Below are positions 1-8,781 of a stretch of 64,000 bases of DNA, piece after piece (position 1 is the stretch's first letter; every line of letters starts with the position of its first letter). The translations under genes were made by a program, and so were the position numbers. This DNA comes from Candidatus Forterrea multitransposorum CG_2015-17_Forterrea_25_41 (GTDB lineage Archaea > Iainarchaeota > Iainarchaeia > Iainarchaeales > CSSED10-239): contig CP045477.1 in the NCBI GenBank assembly GCA_009392915.1, positions 96,001-160,000 of the forward strand, given 5' to 3'. The notes beneath the pieces are model-generated. The model had not been told where the DNA came from. It did not search any database and worked only from the letters and a program-made list of their open reading frames with translations.

Positions 1-61
1 TATGAAATATTTAACTTTAGAAGAAATTTCAAAAAGATTAGGTGCAAAATATTCAAATTAA
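1..61 (+). CDS. rpl13: ribosomal protein uL13, C-terminal end (partial, runs off window start)
   Basis: Frame-2 reading frame open from the window edge, stop TAA at 59-61. Tail is ..LTLEEISKRLGAKYSN. Position directly upstream of uS9 fits the conserved archaeal L13-S9-RpoN order. Confidence 0.4.
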   Translation, partial: MKYLTLEEISKRLGAKYSN

Positions 62-78
62 GAGTAATGTGATAGATT

Positions 79-486
79 ATGGTAAAAAATTATATGGTTA
101 AAGCAACTAGAAAAAATGCAGTTGCAAGAGCTTCAATTAAACCTGGGAAAGGAGAAATAAGAGTTAATAAAATGTCTCTTGATGCTATTTATCCTACAGG
201 TTATAAAAAAGCAATTGTTTTAGAACCTACAAAAATTGCTTCTGAAGAATTTTCTAAATTTAATTATAATGTTAATGTTATTGGTGGAGGATCTTCTTCA
301 CAAGTCCAAGCAGTTAGAAGTTGTATTGCTAAGGGAATTGTACTTGCTAATGGTAATAAAAAAGCATTAAAAGATAAATTCTTAGAATATGATAGACATC
401 TTTTAATTGATGATGCTAGAAATAAAGAACCAAAGAAAGAACTTGGTGTTGGTGCTAGAAAGAAGAAACAAAAATCTAAGAGGTGA
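79..486 (+). CDS. rps9: 30S ribosomal protein uS9 (S16e)
   Basis: 135-aa ORF with basic C-terminus ..GARKKKQKSKR typical of uS9. Sits in an L13-S9-RpoN-S2 neighbourhood. Alternative start Met at 94. Confidence 0.9.
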   Translation: MVKNYMVKATRKNAVARASIKPGKGEIRVNKMSLDAIYPTGYKKAIVLEPTKIASEEFSKFNYNVNVIGGGSSSQVQAVRSCIAKGIVLANGNKKALKDKFLEYDRHLLIDDARNKEPKKELGVGARKKKQKSKR

Positions 487-493
487 ATAATTA

Positions 494-688
494 ATGATTA
501 TTCCAGTTCGTTGTTTTTCTTGTGGGCAAGTAGTTGCTCACAACTATGAAGAATTTTTAAAAGAAATTAAAGATAAAAAATTAAAACCTACAGATGTTTT
601 AGATAACTTAGGTGTAAAAAAATATTGTTGTAGAAGAATGTATATTTCAAATGTTGAAGTAATTGATGAAATTATGAAATATAATTAA
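494..688 (+). CDS. rpoN: DNA-directed RNA polymerase subunit N (Rpo10/Rpb10)
   Basis: 64 aa, MIIPVRCFSCGQ...YCCRRM zinc-bundle signature of Rpb10/RpoN. SD GAGGTGA lies 7 nt upstream. Confidence 0.95.
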   Translation: MIIPVRCFSCGQVVAHNYEEFLKEIKDKKLKPTDVLDNLGVKKYCCRRMYISNVEVIDEIMKYN

Positions 689-714
689 ATATTGAAAAAA
701 AAGTGTGAAAAAAA

Positions 715-1452
715 ATGAATAAAAGTACAGAAAATAAAGCTATTGAAAATAATCCTTCTGAGAAAAGAACTCCAAATAATAGATTTCAAAAAACATTAGT
801 AAATATTGATCTTTATTTAAAAAATGGTATCCATATTGGAACTAAATATAAAAATGGAGCTATGAGAAGATTTATCTTTAAATCAAGAAGTGATAAATTA
901 AATGTAATGGATGTTCAGATAATTGATCAAAGAATAAAAACTTCAATTGAATTTTTATCAAAATTTAATCCTGAAGATGTTGTTTTTGTTTCAAGAAAAA
1001 AATATGCTTTATTTGGTTTAACTTTACTTGAAAAAACTTTTGGTTATAAAATAAAGGTTGGAAGATTTATTCCTGGTACTTTTACAAATCCAGATTCAGA
1101 ACACTTTATGGAACCAAAACTTGTTTTTGTAGTTGATCCTAATATAGATAGACAAGCTATTTTAGAAGCAACTAAAATTAGAGTACCTATAGTTGCTCTT
1201 GCAACAACTTCTAGTAATGTGAGAAATATTGATCTTTTAGTTCCTTTTAACAATAAAGGACGTAAATCTATTGCTCTTTATTTTTGGCTTTTAAACAGAG
1301 AGCTTCAATTAAAGAATGGTTTTATCAAGTCTGAAAAAGAATATAATTACAAAGTAGATGATTTTGTAATAACTAATGATGATAAAAAAGATGATGAAAC
1401 TAGAGATAGAAAACCAAGACCTAGATTTGTTAAGAAACCTTTTAGAAAATAA
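715..1452 (+). CDS. rps2: 30S ribosomal protein uS2, with N- and C-terminal extensions
   Basis: YLKNGIHIGTKYKNGAMRRFIF core and ..PIVALATTSSN.. motif of uS2. K/R/D-rich C-terminal tail. Follows rpoN as in other archaea, but rpoK and eno are absent. Confidence 0.9.
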   Translation: MNKSTENKAIENNPSEKRTPNNRFQKTLVNIDLYLKNGIHIGTKYKNGAMRRFIFKSRSDKLNVMDVQIIDQRIKTSIEFLSKFNPEDVVFVSRKKYALFGLTLLEKTFGYKIKVGRFIPGTFTNPDSEHFMEPKLVFVVDPNIDRQAILEATKIRVPIVALATTSSNVRNIDLLVPFNNKGRKSIALYFWLLNRELQLKNGFIKSEKEYNYKVDDFVITNDDKKDDETRDRKPRPRFVKKPFRK

Positions 1453-1579
1453 AAGGTTTTTAAATTTTTAAATAAGCTTTTAAATGTTACTATACATCTT
1501 ATATATAGTAATTAATTAATCTAAAAAGGTTAATATTGTTAACAATTATAAAAAAACGTAAAAAAGAGTGTGAAAAATC

Positions 1580-2305
1580 ATGAAAGATAATTATTTAGTT
1601 TCACTTTTAAAAGAACTTAATTTAACTGAATATGAAGCAAAAGCTCTTGTTACGTTATTTAAATTTTCAGAATCTGATGCTCCAACTATTAGTAGAAATT
1701 CTGAAATTCCAAAAACTAGAATTTATGATGTTTTAGATAGACTTAAAGATAAAGGTTTTGTTTTAGAAGTTTATAAAAGTCCTAAAACCTATAAAATAGT
1801 TAATCCTGAAGAAATTTTTAAAGGACTTTTAGATTTAAAACAAAATGAACTTTTAAATCTTTCAAAAAAAGTAGATGATGTTATTTTAAACTCAACATGG
1901 TCTTCTTATGCAAATAGTAATCCTGAAAAAGTATTACAAGTAAACAATATTAAAGATTATAATAAATTTTTATCACAAGAATTTGAAACTGCAGAAAAAG
2001 AAATACATGGTTTTACAAATCTTGATGAAAGAATTGATTCTTTAAAATCTGTTTTTACAAATAAAAATTTATCAATTAATATTTTAACAAATCCAGTTAC
2101 AAAAATACATGAAATTCCAAAACATGTAACTATTCAAGAAACTAACCATTCAATGGATGCTTTTGTTTTAGATAAAAAGAAAGTTATTATGGCTTTAAAT
2201 GATTTATCTTCTCCTAAAAAAGCATATAATTTAACTGTTCTTGAAAATAATCCTACCCTTGCAAATGCACTCTTATCTCATTTTAAGGATTACTGGAAAA
2301 AATAG
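1580..2305 (+). CDS. TrmB-family transcriptional regulator
   Basis: N-terminal wHTH LKELNLTEYEAKALVTLFKF..APTISRNSEIPKTRIYDVLDRLKDKGFV is the TrmB (PF01978) signature. Confidence 0.85.
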   Translation: MKDNYLVSLLKELNLTEYEAKALVTLFKFSESDAPTISRNSEIPKTRIYDVLDRLKDKGFVLEVYKSPKTYKIVNPEEIFKGLLDLKQNELLNLSKKVDDVILNSTWSSYANSNPEKVLQVNNIKDYNKFLSQEFETAEKEIHGFTNLDERIDSLKSVFTNKNLSINILTNPVTKIHEIPKHVTIQETNHSMDAFVLDKKKVIMALNDLSSPKKAYNLTVLENNPTLANALLSHFKDYWKK

Positions 2306-2347
2306 TTTTTTTTAATATATTGAATACTTTTTTAAAGTTAACTATCT

Positions 2348-2357
2348 TTATAAATAT
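2348..2357 (+). promoter_or_regulatory. TATA box (TTTATAAATA) upstream of the metalloprotease gene
   Basis: Exact TTTATAAATA about 40 nt upstream of ATG 2397, with SD AGAGGT at 2382-2387. The same motif recurs upstream of other genes and a tRNA in this window. Confidence 0.45.
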
Positions 2358-2396
2358 ATATAAGGGTATATTAACTTTTAAGAGGTAATAAATTAT

Positions 2397-4484
2397 ATGC
2401 AGTTAAAGAAACTAACTTTAGTTTTATTATTTTTATTTATTTTTTCCATACCAGTTTTTTCTTCTTCTATAACTCTTTATGTTTCCTCTCCTTTTTCCTC
2501 TTCATCTTCAAATTTTAGTATTTCTCCTTCACTTTCTTTTGACAAGTTATCTTTAGTTTCAGAAGATAATTTATCTTTATTAAGAGAGCAAAATATTATT
2601 GTTAAAGAAGAAATTATTAAAGAAAAAGAATCTTCTTTAGAAGATAATTCTCTGTTAGAAGAAATAAATTCTCCAAATCATATTTATGAAACTTATTTTC
2701 AAGATTCTGTAATGATTGGAGATGTTTATTTTCCAGAAGGTATAATTGATTCTTCTCAAGTAAGAGAAAGAAGAAATATTAACTCTCAGTCTACAGTTGA
2801 TAATATTTGGGGTACCACTCCATTAACTGGAGAATATCATATTCCTGTTTTTTTAGTTGATTTTTCAGATGTTCCACATACTCTTTCTAAAGAAGTTTTT
2901 GAAGAACAATTTAATTCTCCTCTTTACTTGGACGGTAATGGTACAAGTGTAAGTCAGTATTACAAGAAACAATCCTATGGTGAACTTGATATTACTTTTG
3001 ATGTTTATGATTGGAGAGAAATGCCTGAAACTTATGAATATTATAGTACAAGATTAGGTGTTTTTGGAGCTCAAACAATAGATCTTTTTGGAACTGGTCC
3101 AAATGCAATTGATTTAACTCAATATGATTCTGATAATGATGGTAGGATAGATGGTTTTGTAATTGTTCACGCTGGTTTTTCTTTACAGAACGCTGGTACT
3201 GGTCATATTAAGACATCTACTTTATTAATGTATTCTGATGAAATTTTAACCATTCAAGGTTTGCATTATGGTAATATAGCTGTTACTTCTGAGAGATATC
3301 CTAGTTGTTCTTCTGGTTTTAATGAAAATTTAATTCCATATCCAGATGATTGTAGAATTGGTGTTTTAGATCAAACACATGAGTTTGGTCATATTTTAGG
3401 TCTTCCAGACTTTTATGGTATTGATCCAAATACTGGTGGTCAATCTCCTGGTCTTCAAAACCTAACTATGATGATGATGTATGATGACATTCCTCAAAAA
3501 CCAATTAATTTAGATGCTTGGGCAAGATATTTTTTAGGTTGGATACAACCAACTGTAATTGAAGAGGGCATGGAAGGTGTTTATCCAGTTTATTCAATTG
3601 ACACCAATCCAGATGGTGCTTTTATTTTACAAGATCTAACTGAGATGGATGAACGTGAATTTTTTATAATTGAAAATAGATTTATGCAAAACTCCCCTTA
3701 TAATCAAGATACTTTTCTTTTAAACACTTCTCAACTAAATTGGGATTATTTAAATGGTCATTTTGGTGGAATTGCAGTTTATCATGTTGATGAGCAATAC
3801 ATTGAAGATAATTATCCAACTAACAGTATCATGTGGGATCCTGATGGAGATTTTTATGATGATACTATAGGGCATCCTGGAATCGTTTTTGAAGAAAATA
3901 TAAAATTTTCAGAAAATAATTGGGATTATTCATTAGGAGATTTATATTCTAGTGAACGTAATGCTGGTTTTGGAGATAATACTTTTGGTAATTTTGATAG
4001 ATACCAAAGATTTTATCCAGAATATAATATGTTATGGGATTATCACAATAAAGCCTATAATGGTAATTTAACTGGTGTTACTGTTGGCACTTTAAGTGGT
4101 AGTGGATCTATAGTTTATGCTTATCTTCAAAGTTATCAAGAAACTTTTAATGCTTTAATCTCTTCTCCAAAAAATAACAGATGGTATAAGTATACTAATA
4201 ATTTAAATTTCATTTCAAGTTATTATAATAATTTAGGAGATGTAAGTTGTGTTTGGGAAGATTCCAGTAATAATATTCTATCTCAAGATTGTGAATTTTC
4301 TGCAACTCCAGAAGATTTAGGTTTACCAATCAGTGAATGTTCTGAGAAAATCACTCTAACTTTAGAAATAACAGATCAAGAAACTGGTGATACAATTATT
4401 GATACTGTTGATATAAAGATTTATGAAACCATAAGAGATATTTGTGAGACTGCTCATAACAACACCCAAGCAGCCACAAAATAA
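2397..4484 (+). CDS. secreted M6-family (immune inhibitor A-like) zinc metalloprotease
   Basis: N-terminal signal peptide (LTLVLLFLFIFSIPVFSSS). HEFGHILGLPDFYG matches the HExxHxLGLPDxY motif of the M6 metalloprotease domain (TIGR03296/PF05547 type). Large C-terminal non-catalytic region. Confidence 0.7.
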   Translation: MQLKKLTLVLLFLFIFSIPVFSSSITLYVSSPFSSSSSNFSISPSLSFDKLSLVSEDNLSLLREQNIIVKEEIIKEKESSLEDNSLLEEINSPNHIYETYFQDSVMIGDVYFPEGIIDSSQVRERRNINSQSTVDNIWGTTPLTGEYHIPVFLVDFSDVPHTLSKEVFEEQFNSPLYLDGNGTSVSQYYKKQSYGELDITFDVYDWREMPETYEYYSTRLGVFGAQTIDLFGTGPNAIDLTQYDSDNDGRIDGFVIVHAGFSLQNAGTGHIKTSTLLMYSDEILTIQGLHYGNIAVTSERYPSCSSGFNENLIPYPDDCRIGVLDQTHEFGHILGLPDFYGIDPNTGGQSPGLQNLTMMMMYDDIPQKPINLDAWARYFLGWIQPTVIEEGMEGVYPVYSIDTNPDGAFILQDLTEMDEREFFIIENRFMQNSPYNQDTFLLNTSQLNWDYLNGHFGGIAVYHVDEQYIEDNYPTNSIMWDPDGDFYDDTIGHPGIVFEENIKFSENNWDYSLGDLYSSERNAGFGDNTFGNFDRYQRFYPEYNMLWDYHNKAYNGNLTGVTVGTLSGSGSIVYAYLQSYQETFNALISSPKNNRWYKYTNNLNFISSYYNNLGDVSCVWEDSSNNILSQDCEFSATPEDLGLPISECSEKITLTLEITDQETGDTIIDTVDIKIYETIRDICETAHNNTQAATK

Positions 4485-4561
4485 AAAAATAAGTAAACCA
4501 TTTATATACTTTATGTTATATAATTTATAATATAATTATTTAAAATAAAAAATAAATTAAG

Positions 4562-7531
4562 GTGAATATTTTGATAAAAATAAAAAAAGGACAAATTTCT
4601 TTAGAAGCAATTATTATAATTGGTGTTATTGTTTTAGCAAGTATTATATTTGCGACATTCTATATTTCTAATGTTAATAAAAAAATAGATACTGCAAGTA
4701 ATCTAGATCCTAATTTTTCTGGAATGATTGGATCTGATGAAATGGGGTCAACTGATCCTATAACTATTGGTGAAGAACCAGGTCCAGGCCCAGGTCCAGG
4801 AGGAAGTACTTGTGGTGATAATATTATTGAAGGTACAGAAGATTGTGATGGTACTAATTTAGGTGGTGCTACATGTGAGTCTGAAGGTCAAGGTACAGGA
4901 GATTTATCTTGTAATTCAAATTGTACTTTTGATTATTCTGGTTGTTCTAGTCCAACAGCAAGTTATACAATAACTTCAAGTCATGGATCAAATGGAACTA
5001 TTTTTCCTTTAGGAGCTGTAACAGTTTTAGAAGGGGCAAGTAAAAAATTTAATTTGTATCCAAATGCAGGTTATGATGTAGATACTGTTTCAATTGATGG
5101 TGCAGAAGTTTCTCTTAGTGAAAGAAGAAGTTATACTTTTAATAATGTTACTTCCGGTCATACTATTCATGTAACTTTTAAACCTTATGCTTCAAATGAA
5201 CATATTATTTTTGCAAGTAGTGGTTCTCATGGAACCATAGATCCTGCAAGAAATAATACAGTTATAGAAGGAGATGATATTACTTTTACATTTAATCCAG
5301 ATACAGGATATCGTGTAGGTAATGTCTATATTGATGATACTACTGTTGGTTCAGAACAAATAGAGATTATTAATGATTTTTCTTCAAAAGATTCTGAAAA
5401 TAATAATTTATATTTTTCAGAAGAAGATGTTTTATATTTTGCATCTGATACAGGGACAGGTACTTCTTCAAATTTAGTTTATACTTTTGAAGATGTAGAT
5501 GATAGTCATACTATTCATGTAACTTTTATATCAAACACAACTCCTACATATACTTTAGAATATATTGCTGGAGCAAATGGTAGTATTTCTGGTCCAAATC
5601 CTCAAACTGTAAGTCAAGGAGAAGATGGTACAGAAGTATGTGCTGTTGCAGATGAAGGTTATGAATTTTTTAAATGGGATGATGATTATTATTCTGAATG
5701 TAGAACTGAAACAAATGTAACAAGTAATCAAACATATACTGTTATCTTTAATGAAAATGCAGGTCAAACAATGGCTATGAATTTAGAAGGTGTTGAATCA
5801 ACTCCAATAAATCAAAACTTTGATGTTGTTGTTAATACTTCTGAAACTCCAGGAACTGTAAGTTATGGTTTAGTTGCAGGATTATTAATTTATAATGATG
5901 TTGCAGGAGATTATTTGCCAACAAACAATTGTTCTTATAACGGAACTTTTGCTTCAAATCATACACTTGAAACAAATCAATCTCCAGGTATTGAAAATTA
6001 TACTTTTACATGTAATACTTCTGGAAACTATAAATTTACATTTACAGCAACAGATACAACTAACTCAACAAATGATGTTTCAAGAGATAAATTAATTACT
6101 GTTGTAAATAACCAAACAGCAGCACCAACATTTTCAATTGATGGAGGTACTTATTTTAATGATCAAACATTAACTTTAAGTTCAACAACTCCTAGTGCAA
6201 CTATAAAATACACAACTAATGGTACTATCCCAACTTGTACTACAGGAACAACTTATTCTCCTGCAAGTCCAATTCAAATTAATCAAATTTTAACAGTAAA
6301 AGCAATTGCTTGTAAATCTGGATATATTGATAGTCAAGTTGTTACAGAAATTTATAATTTAAAAGTTGGATATCCAGAACCAAGTGTTAATCCTGGTGTA
6401 TATTCTCAAGCACAGACAATTACTCTTTCAACAGAAACAATTGGTGCAACTTTGTATTATTCAACAGATGGTTCTGATGCTTTTGATGGAAGTGTTTACG
6501 TTCCAGGAGAAGAAATTATAATTTCAAAACCATATACTGAATTAAGAGTGGCAGGAGAAAAATCAAATTATAATGATAGTTCAGAATTTGATGAATATTA
6601 TTATATAAATGGTTATGAATCTCCAACTCCAAGTATGGTTTTTACAAATTATTATGGAGATGCATATAATCTTGTAGGTGCTGCAAATTTAACTCACTCA
6701 GATGTTTTCTTTGAAGATGAAGAAAATAATTTAGTAAGATTTGTTAATCCTAAATTAAATGGAGATTATTTTAACGGAAGTAATGCTTCAGGAGCTACAT
6801 TAATAGATTGTGAGGCATTTTGTTCTGAAAAGTATCTTGGAGGAACTTGTGATTCTTTTGATAAAACTAATTATTCTGGAAATGCAAATAATTTGATATA
6901 TTATAGAAATATGATTCCTGGTTCTGGTGGTGCAAATGATGTTTTCCCTTACACAATTGGGGGTGAGTTATCTAATTCTCCTCAATGGGCTTATGCTTCT
7001 GGAGCTATTGGTGGACCAGATAGAGTAGGATACTTCACTTGTGATTTTTCACACACCTCCAGTCCAGAAGATGCAGACTTTGGATTTATTGATTTATATA
7101 CTGAAGATTTATTATTAAATTATGGTGATCCATTTGATGGTACAGAATTCTATTATGATTCTTCAAGAGTAACTTTTGATAATGTTACAAAGTCTGGTTC
7201 AGAATATACTTATTCAGGTTTAAATGTTGTAGGTAATTTTGACACACCAGGCGCAACTGCTCCAACAGGAACAGTTTATATACTTTCAGATGATTTTTCA
7301 CAAGCTTGTGATGCTGTATGTGATGCTTTATATCAAGAAAGTTCTTGTGAAAATTATGATACAACAGATGTATATACTGCTAAAGGAGTTTCATATAATT
7401 ATTATCCTCCTGAATATGCAACAATATTTAATCCTAATTTAAGTACAGGTTATTATTGGACATCTGGAAGTCAACTTTTCTATGATGTTTGGTCAGAAGC
7501 TGTTCTTTCAGAAGTTACTTGTTCAAAGTAA
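4562..7531 (+). CDS. giant surface adhesin-like protein with archaeal class III (type IV pilin-like) signal peptide
   Basis: N-terminus ..IKIKKG|QISLEAIIIIGVIVLASIIF: short basic leader, G|Q, S+3, E+5, hydrophobic helix (QxSxE, DUF361-type). SD AAGGTGA 4559-4565 favours TTG 4571 as the real start. Also has a PGPGPGPGG linker and a Cys-rich CGDN..EDCDG..C..C repeat. Contains repeated ~80-aa beta modules (YTITSSHGSNGTI / HIIFASSGSHGTI / YTLEYIAGANGSI) and two TIKYTTNGT / TLYYSTDGS modules. Confidence 0.75.
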   Translation: MNILIKIKKGQISLEAIIIIGVIVLASIIFATFYISNVNKKIDTASNLDPNFSGMIGSDEMGSTDPITIGEEPGPGPGPGGSTCGDNIIEGTEDCDGTNLGGATCESEGQGTGDLSCNSNCTFDYSGCSSPTASYTITSSHGSNGTIFPLGAVTVLEGASKKFNLYPNAGYDVDTVSIDGAEVSLSERRSYTFNNVTSGHTIHVTFKPYASNEHIIFASSGSHGTIDPARNNTVIEGDDITFTFNPDTGYRVGNVYIDDTTVGSEQIEIINDFSSKDSENNNLYFSEEDVLYFASDTGTGTSSNLVYTFEDVDDSHTIHVTFISNTTPTYTLEYIAGANGSISGPNPQTVSQGEDGTEVCAVADEGYEFFKWDDDYYSECRTETNVTSNQTYTVIFNENAGQTMAMNLEGVESTPINQNFDVVVNTSETPGTVSYGLVAGLLIYNDVAGDYLPTNNCSYNGTFASNHTLETNQSPGIENYTFTCNTSGNYKFTFTATDTTNSTNDVSRDKLITVVNNQTAAPTFSIDGGTYFNDQTLTLSSTTPSATIKYTTNGTIPTCTTGTTYSPASPIQINQILTVKAIACKSGYIDSQVVTEIYNLKVGYPEPSVNPGVYSQAQTITLSTETIGATLYYSTDGSDAFDGSVYVPGEEIIISKPYTELRVAGEKSNYNDSSEFDEYYYINGYESPTPSMVFTNYYGDAYNLVGAANLTHSDVFFEDEENNLVRFVNPKLNGDYFNGSNASGATLIDCEAFCSEKYLGGTCDSFDKTNYSGNANNLIYYRNMIPGSGGANDVFPYTIGGELSNSPQWAYASGAIGGPDRVGYFTCDFSHTSSPEDADFGFIDLYTEDLLLNYGDPFDGTEFYYDSSRVTFDNVTKSGSEYTYSGLNVVGNFDTPGATAPTGTVYILSDDFSQACDAVCDALYQESSCENYDTTDVYTAKGVSYNYYPPEYATIFNPNLSTGYYWTSGSQLFYDVWSEAVLSEVTCSK

Positions 7532-7552
7532 TTTTAAAACAATTACTTTTAA

Positions 7553-7595
7553 AAAAGCTTAATTTCTTTTAAGCTTTTCTTTTTTTTTTCTTTTT
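7553..7595 (+). terminator. hairpin plus T-run terminator after the adhesin gene
   Basis: Perfect 10-bp stem AAAAGCTTAA (7553-7562) / TTAAGCTTTT (7569-7578) with a 6-nt loop, followed by CTTTTTTTTTTC. Confidence 0.6.
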
Positions 7596-7715
7596 ATATA
7601 GCTTTTTTTAAATAATTATATTTAAAAACATTCCTCCATATATAATATTTATATATATAGTTCTTTTTTTTAAAAAAACTAAAAAACCAATGACACTATA
7701 AGGAGGTTGTTTGTC

Positions 7716-8255
7716 ATGTCTGAATTTATAAAATTCTCTGTACCTGAAGATTTAAGAGTTTTACAAGATGAAACTATTAAAAAATTATCAAAATCAGGTA
7801 AAATAAAAATAGGTATAAACGAAGTTACAAAAACAATTGAAAGAGGAAATGCAAAATTTGTTATTATTGCTGAAGATGTATCTCCTGCTGAAATTGTAAT
7901 GCATATACCAATAATCTCAAAAGAGAAAAAAATCCCTTTTTCTTATGCAAAAACTAAAGAAGATTTAGGTAAAATGGTTGGTATCTCTGCAAAAGCAAGT
8001 TGTGTTGCTATAACAGATGCTGGTTCAATGCAAAAAGAATTAACAACATTAATTGATAAGATTGAAGAAGTTTCTGGTGGTAAAAAAGCAGCTGTAAAAA
8101 CAGAAGATGTTAAAAAAGAAAAACCTTCTCCTAAAAAAGAAGAAGTAAAAAAAGAAGCTCCTTCTCCTAAAAAAGAAGAAGAAGTAAAAAAAGAAACACC
8201 TAAAGAAGAAAAACCAGAAAATAAAGAAGAAGTTAAAAAAGAAAACAAAGAATGA
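7716..8255 (+). CDS. rpl7ae: 50S ribosomal protein L7Ae (eL8) with K/E/P-rich C-terminal extension
   Basis: ..KIKIGINEVTKTIERGNAKFVIIAEDVSP.EIV.HIP core of L7Ae. SD AGGAGG at 7702-7707 fits ATG 7716 (track start TTG 7707). About 60 extra residues of KKE/PSPKKEE repeats. Confidence 0.9.
   Translation: MSEFIKFSVPEDLRVLQDETIKKLSKSGKIKIGINEVTKTIERGNAKFVIIAEDVSPAEIVMHIPIISKEKKIPFSYAKTKEDLGKMVGISAKASCVAITDAGSMQKELTTLIDKIEEVSGGKKAAVKTEDVKKEKPSPKKEEVKKEAPSPKKEEEVKKETPKEEKPENKEEVKKENKE
8124..8195 (+). repeat. in-frame tandem repeat (33 and 36 nt) encoding PSPKKEE(E)VKKE in the L7Ae tail
   Basis: CCTTCTCCTAAAAAAGAAGAAGTAAAAAAAGAA at 8124-8156 recurs at 8160-8195 with one extra GAA. Confidence 0.7.
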
Positions 8256-8267
8256 GGTGAATAATTT

Positions 8268-8480
8268 ATGGCTGATGAAGGAATACCTGCAGAAGTAGTA
8301 GAAGTTGTAGGTAGAACTGGTTCTCGTGGAGAAGCTACCCAAGTTCTTTGTAGAGTTATTGATGGTTATGAGAAAGGTAGAATTAAAAAAAGAAATGTCA
8401 AAGGTAATGTTAAGAAAGGAGACATTCTATTATTAATGAATCCAGAAACAGAAGCAAAGGACATTAAGGCACGTAGGTGA
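8268..8480 (+). CDS. rps28e: 30S ribosomal protein S28e
   Basis: PAEVVEVVGRTGSRGEATQVLCRV is the S28e signature. SD GAGGTGA upstream. Confidence 0.9.
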   Translation: MADEGIPAEVVEVVGRTGSRGEATQVLCRVIDGYEKGRIKKRNVKGNVKKGDILLLMNPETEAKDIKARR

Positions 8481-8486
8481 TTTTTA

Positions 8487-8681
8487 ATGCAATGTACATT
8501 TTGCGGAAAAGAAGTTCCAAAAGGGACTGGTGTTTTATATGCAAAGAAAGATGGAACTACTTTTATATTTTGTTCAAGCAAATGTAAAATTAATGTTCTT
8601 GAAAAAAAATTCAAAGCACATAAAACCAAATGGACAAATAAATATCATGTAGAAAAAGAAAGACATTTAAAGAAAAAATAA
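8487..8681 (+). CDS. rpl24e: 50S ribosomal protein L24e
   Basis: CTFCGKEVPKGTGVLYAKKDG..FIFCSSKC zinc-ribbon signature of L24e. Completes the conserved L7Ae-S28e-L24e trio. Confidence 0.9.
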   Translation: MQCTFCGKEVPKGTGVLYAKKDGTTFIFCSSKCKINVLEKKFKAHKTKWTNKYHVEKERHLKKK

Positions 8682-8781
8682 TTTTTTTTTCTTTTTCTTT
8701 TTTCTTCAAATATTTCTAAATATAAATATTTTTTTTAATATAAATTAAATATTTAAAATAAAAATAAATAAAAGGTGGTTT

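Noticed and set aside
5555-7442. Short ORFs inside or antisense to the adhesin gene (5555-5767 minus, 5895-6095 plus, 7239-7442 plus)
   Set aside because: They are fully nested in a 989-aa ORF with a coherent domain structure. Their translations are I/L/Q-rich nonsense typical of off-frame AT-rich DNA, and none has an SD.
2397-7531. Hypothesis that the protease/adhesin block is a mobile genomic island
   Set aside because: No integrase or transposase, no flanking direct repeats or tRNA attachment site, and composition and SD usage look the same as in neighbouring core genes.
7943-8342. Two minus-strand ORFs (101 and 97 aa) antisense to the L7Ae tail and S28e start
   Set aside because: Their translations are F/S/L-rich mirror images of the K/E repeat (FFFF.., SSLFSGFSS). 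These are typical shadow ORFs of a low-complexity AAG/GAA region, and the + strand genes are strongly supported.
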